From Acidithiobacillus sp. (lineage in GTDB: Bacteria > Pseudomonadota > Gammaproteobacteria > Acidithiobacillales > Acidithiobacillaceae), in assembly GCA_050251535.1 (NCBI GenBank), contig JBFWMO010000003.1, positions 9,768 through 73,767 of the forward strand: DNA of 64,000 bases, in the 5' to 3' direction. The notes beneath the pieces are model-generated. The model worked only from the letters and a program-made list of their open reading frames with translations, searched no databases and was not told the DNA's origin. Shown in pieces: positions 63,853 through 64,000 of this stretch (position 1 is its first letter; every line of letters begins with the position of its first letter). The position numbers were made by a program, and so were the translations under genes.

Positions 63853-64000
63853 AGGGGCAACATCGGCGCTGACCTACTCCGTATACCGGGAACAAGTCAA
63901 AGTACTCAGTCTTGTCACCACCTTGACTGGCTGAGCAGACTTGCATTTCCTCCCGCTGCTGCCGTGTTGATGCTGATGCTTTTTTCTTGACACAAACGAG

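Overview
All assignments below come from reading the ORF translations and the DNA by eye. No homology search, HMM search, folding or composition calculation was run.

The window has three parts.

(1) 1 to ~39.6 kb is the right-hand part of an integrative conjugative element (ICE) or conjugative island.
- It carries a P-type (Trb) type IV secretion locus: a TrbJ-like protein, a TrbK-like lipoprotein, TrbL, TrbF, two tandem TrbG/VirB9-like genes and TrbI. It also has a VirB1-like transglycosylase and a TraG/VirD4 coupling protein.
- On the minus strand there is a maintenance and processing block: ParA, a ParB/KorB-like protein, a TraF peptidase, an Lnt-like protein, a family-4 UDG, a TraR/DksA zinc finger, HicAB and topoisomerase III.
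- Toxin and defence-type cargo is abundant: a Fic protein, AbiEi/AbiEii, three nucleotidyltransferase two-gene modules, and an AT-rich islet with a SLATT-like membrane protein coupled to a reverse transcriptase.
- The element is threaded by a 15-bp palindrome, GTCTACC-N-GGTAGAC. There are 12 copies, 4 of them clustered at 28.75-29.04 kb. A companion motif ending GATCTATACC always points toward the downstream gene.
- The ICE appears to end at a 3' tRNA fragment at 39590-39629.

(2) ~39.6 to 52.9 kb is a mosaic. It holds IS scars, a cytoplasmic MCP, a metal/sulfur/redox detox cluster (GDCCVxC protein, DsrE-like, MFS, ArsR, MBL hydrolase, GST, YceI, WrbA, HxlR) and a relic Tn21/Tn501-type mercury transposon. 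The relic has a 38-bp IR, merR, an internally deleted merC and a merA without the NmerA domain. It is truncated by IS630, resolvase and rve-transposase fragments next to tRNA-Leu(UAA).

(3) 52.9 to 64 kb looks like core chromosome: a Sel1 protein, an ABC exporter, an SDR, a TRIC-type channel, and a lexA-imuA-imuB-dnaE2 SOS mutagenesis operon with a near-consensus SOS box.

The merC-merA layout, gene content and high GC suggest an Acidithiobacillus-like host. This is an inference, not verified.

The most interesting items are:
- the SLATT-like/RT operon;
- a conserved C-terminal ...G-P-E-L tail shared by three unrelated toxin-type proteins;
- the palindrome regulon and its clustered array (a centromere or oriT candidate);
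- the shared C-terminal peptide of TrbJ and TrbK.
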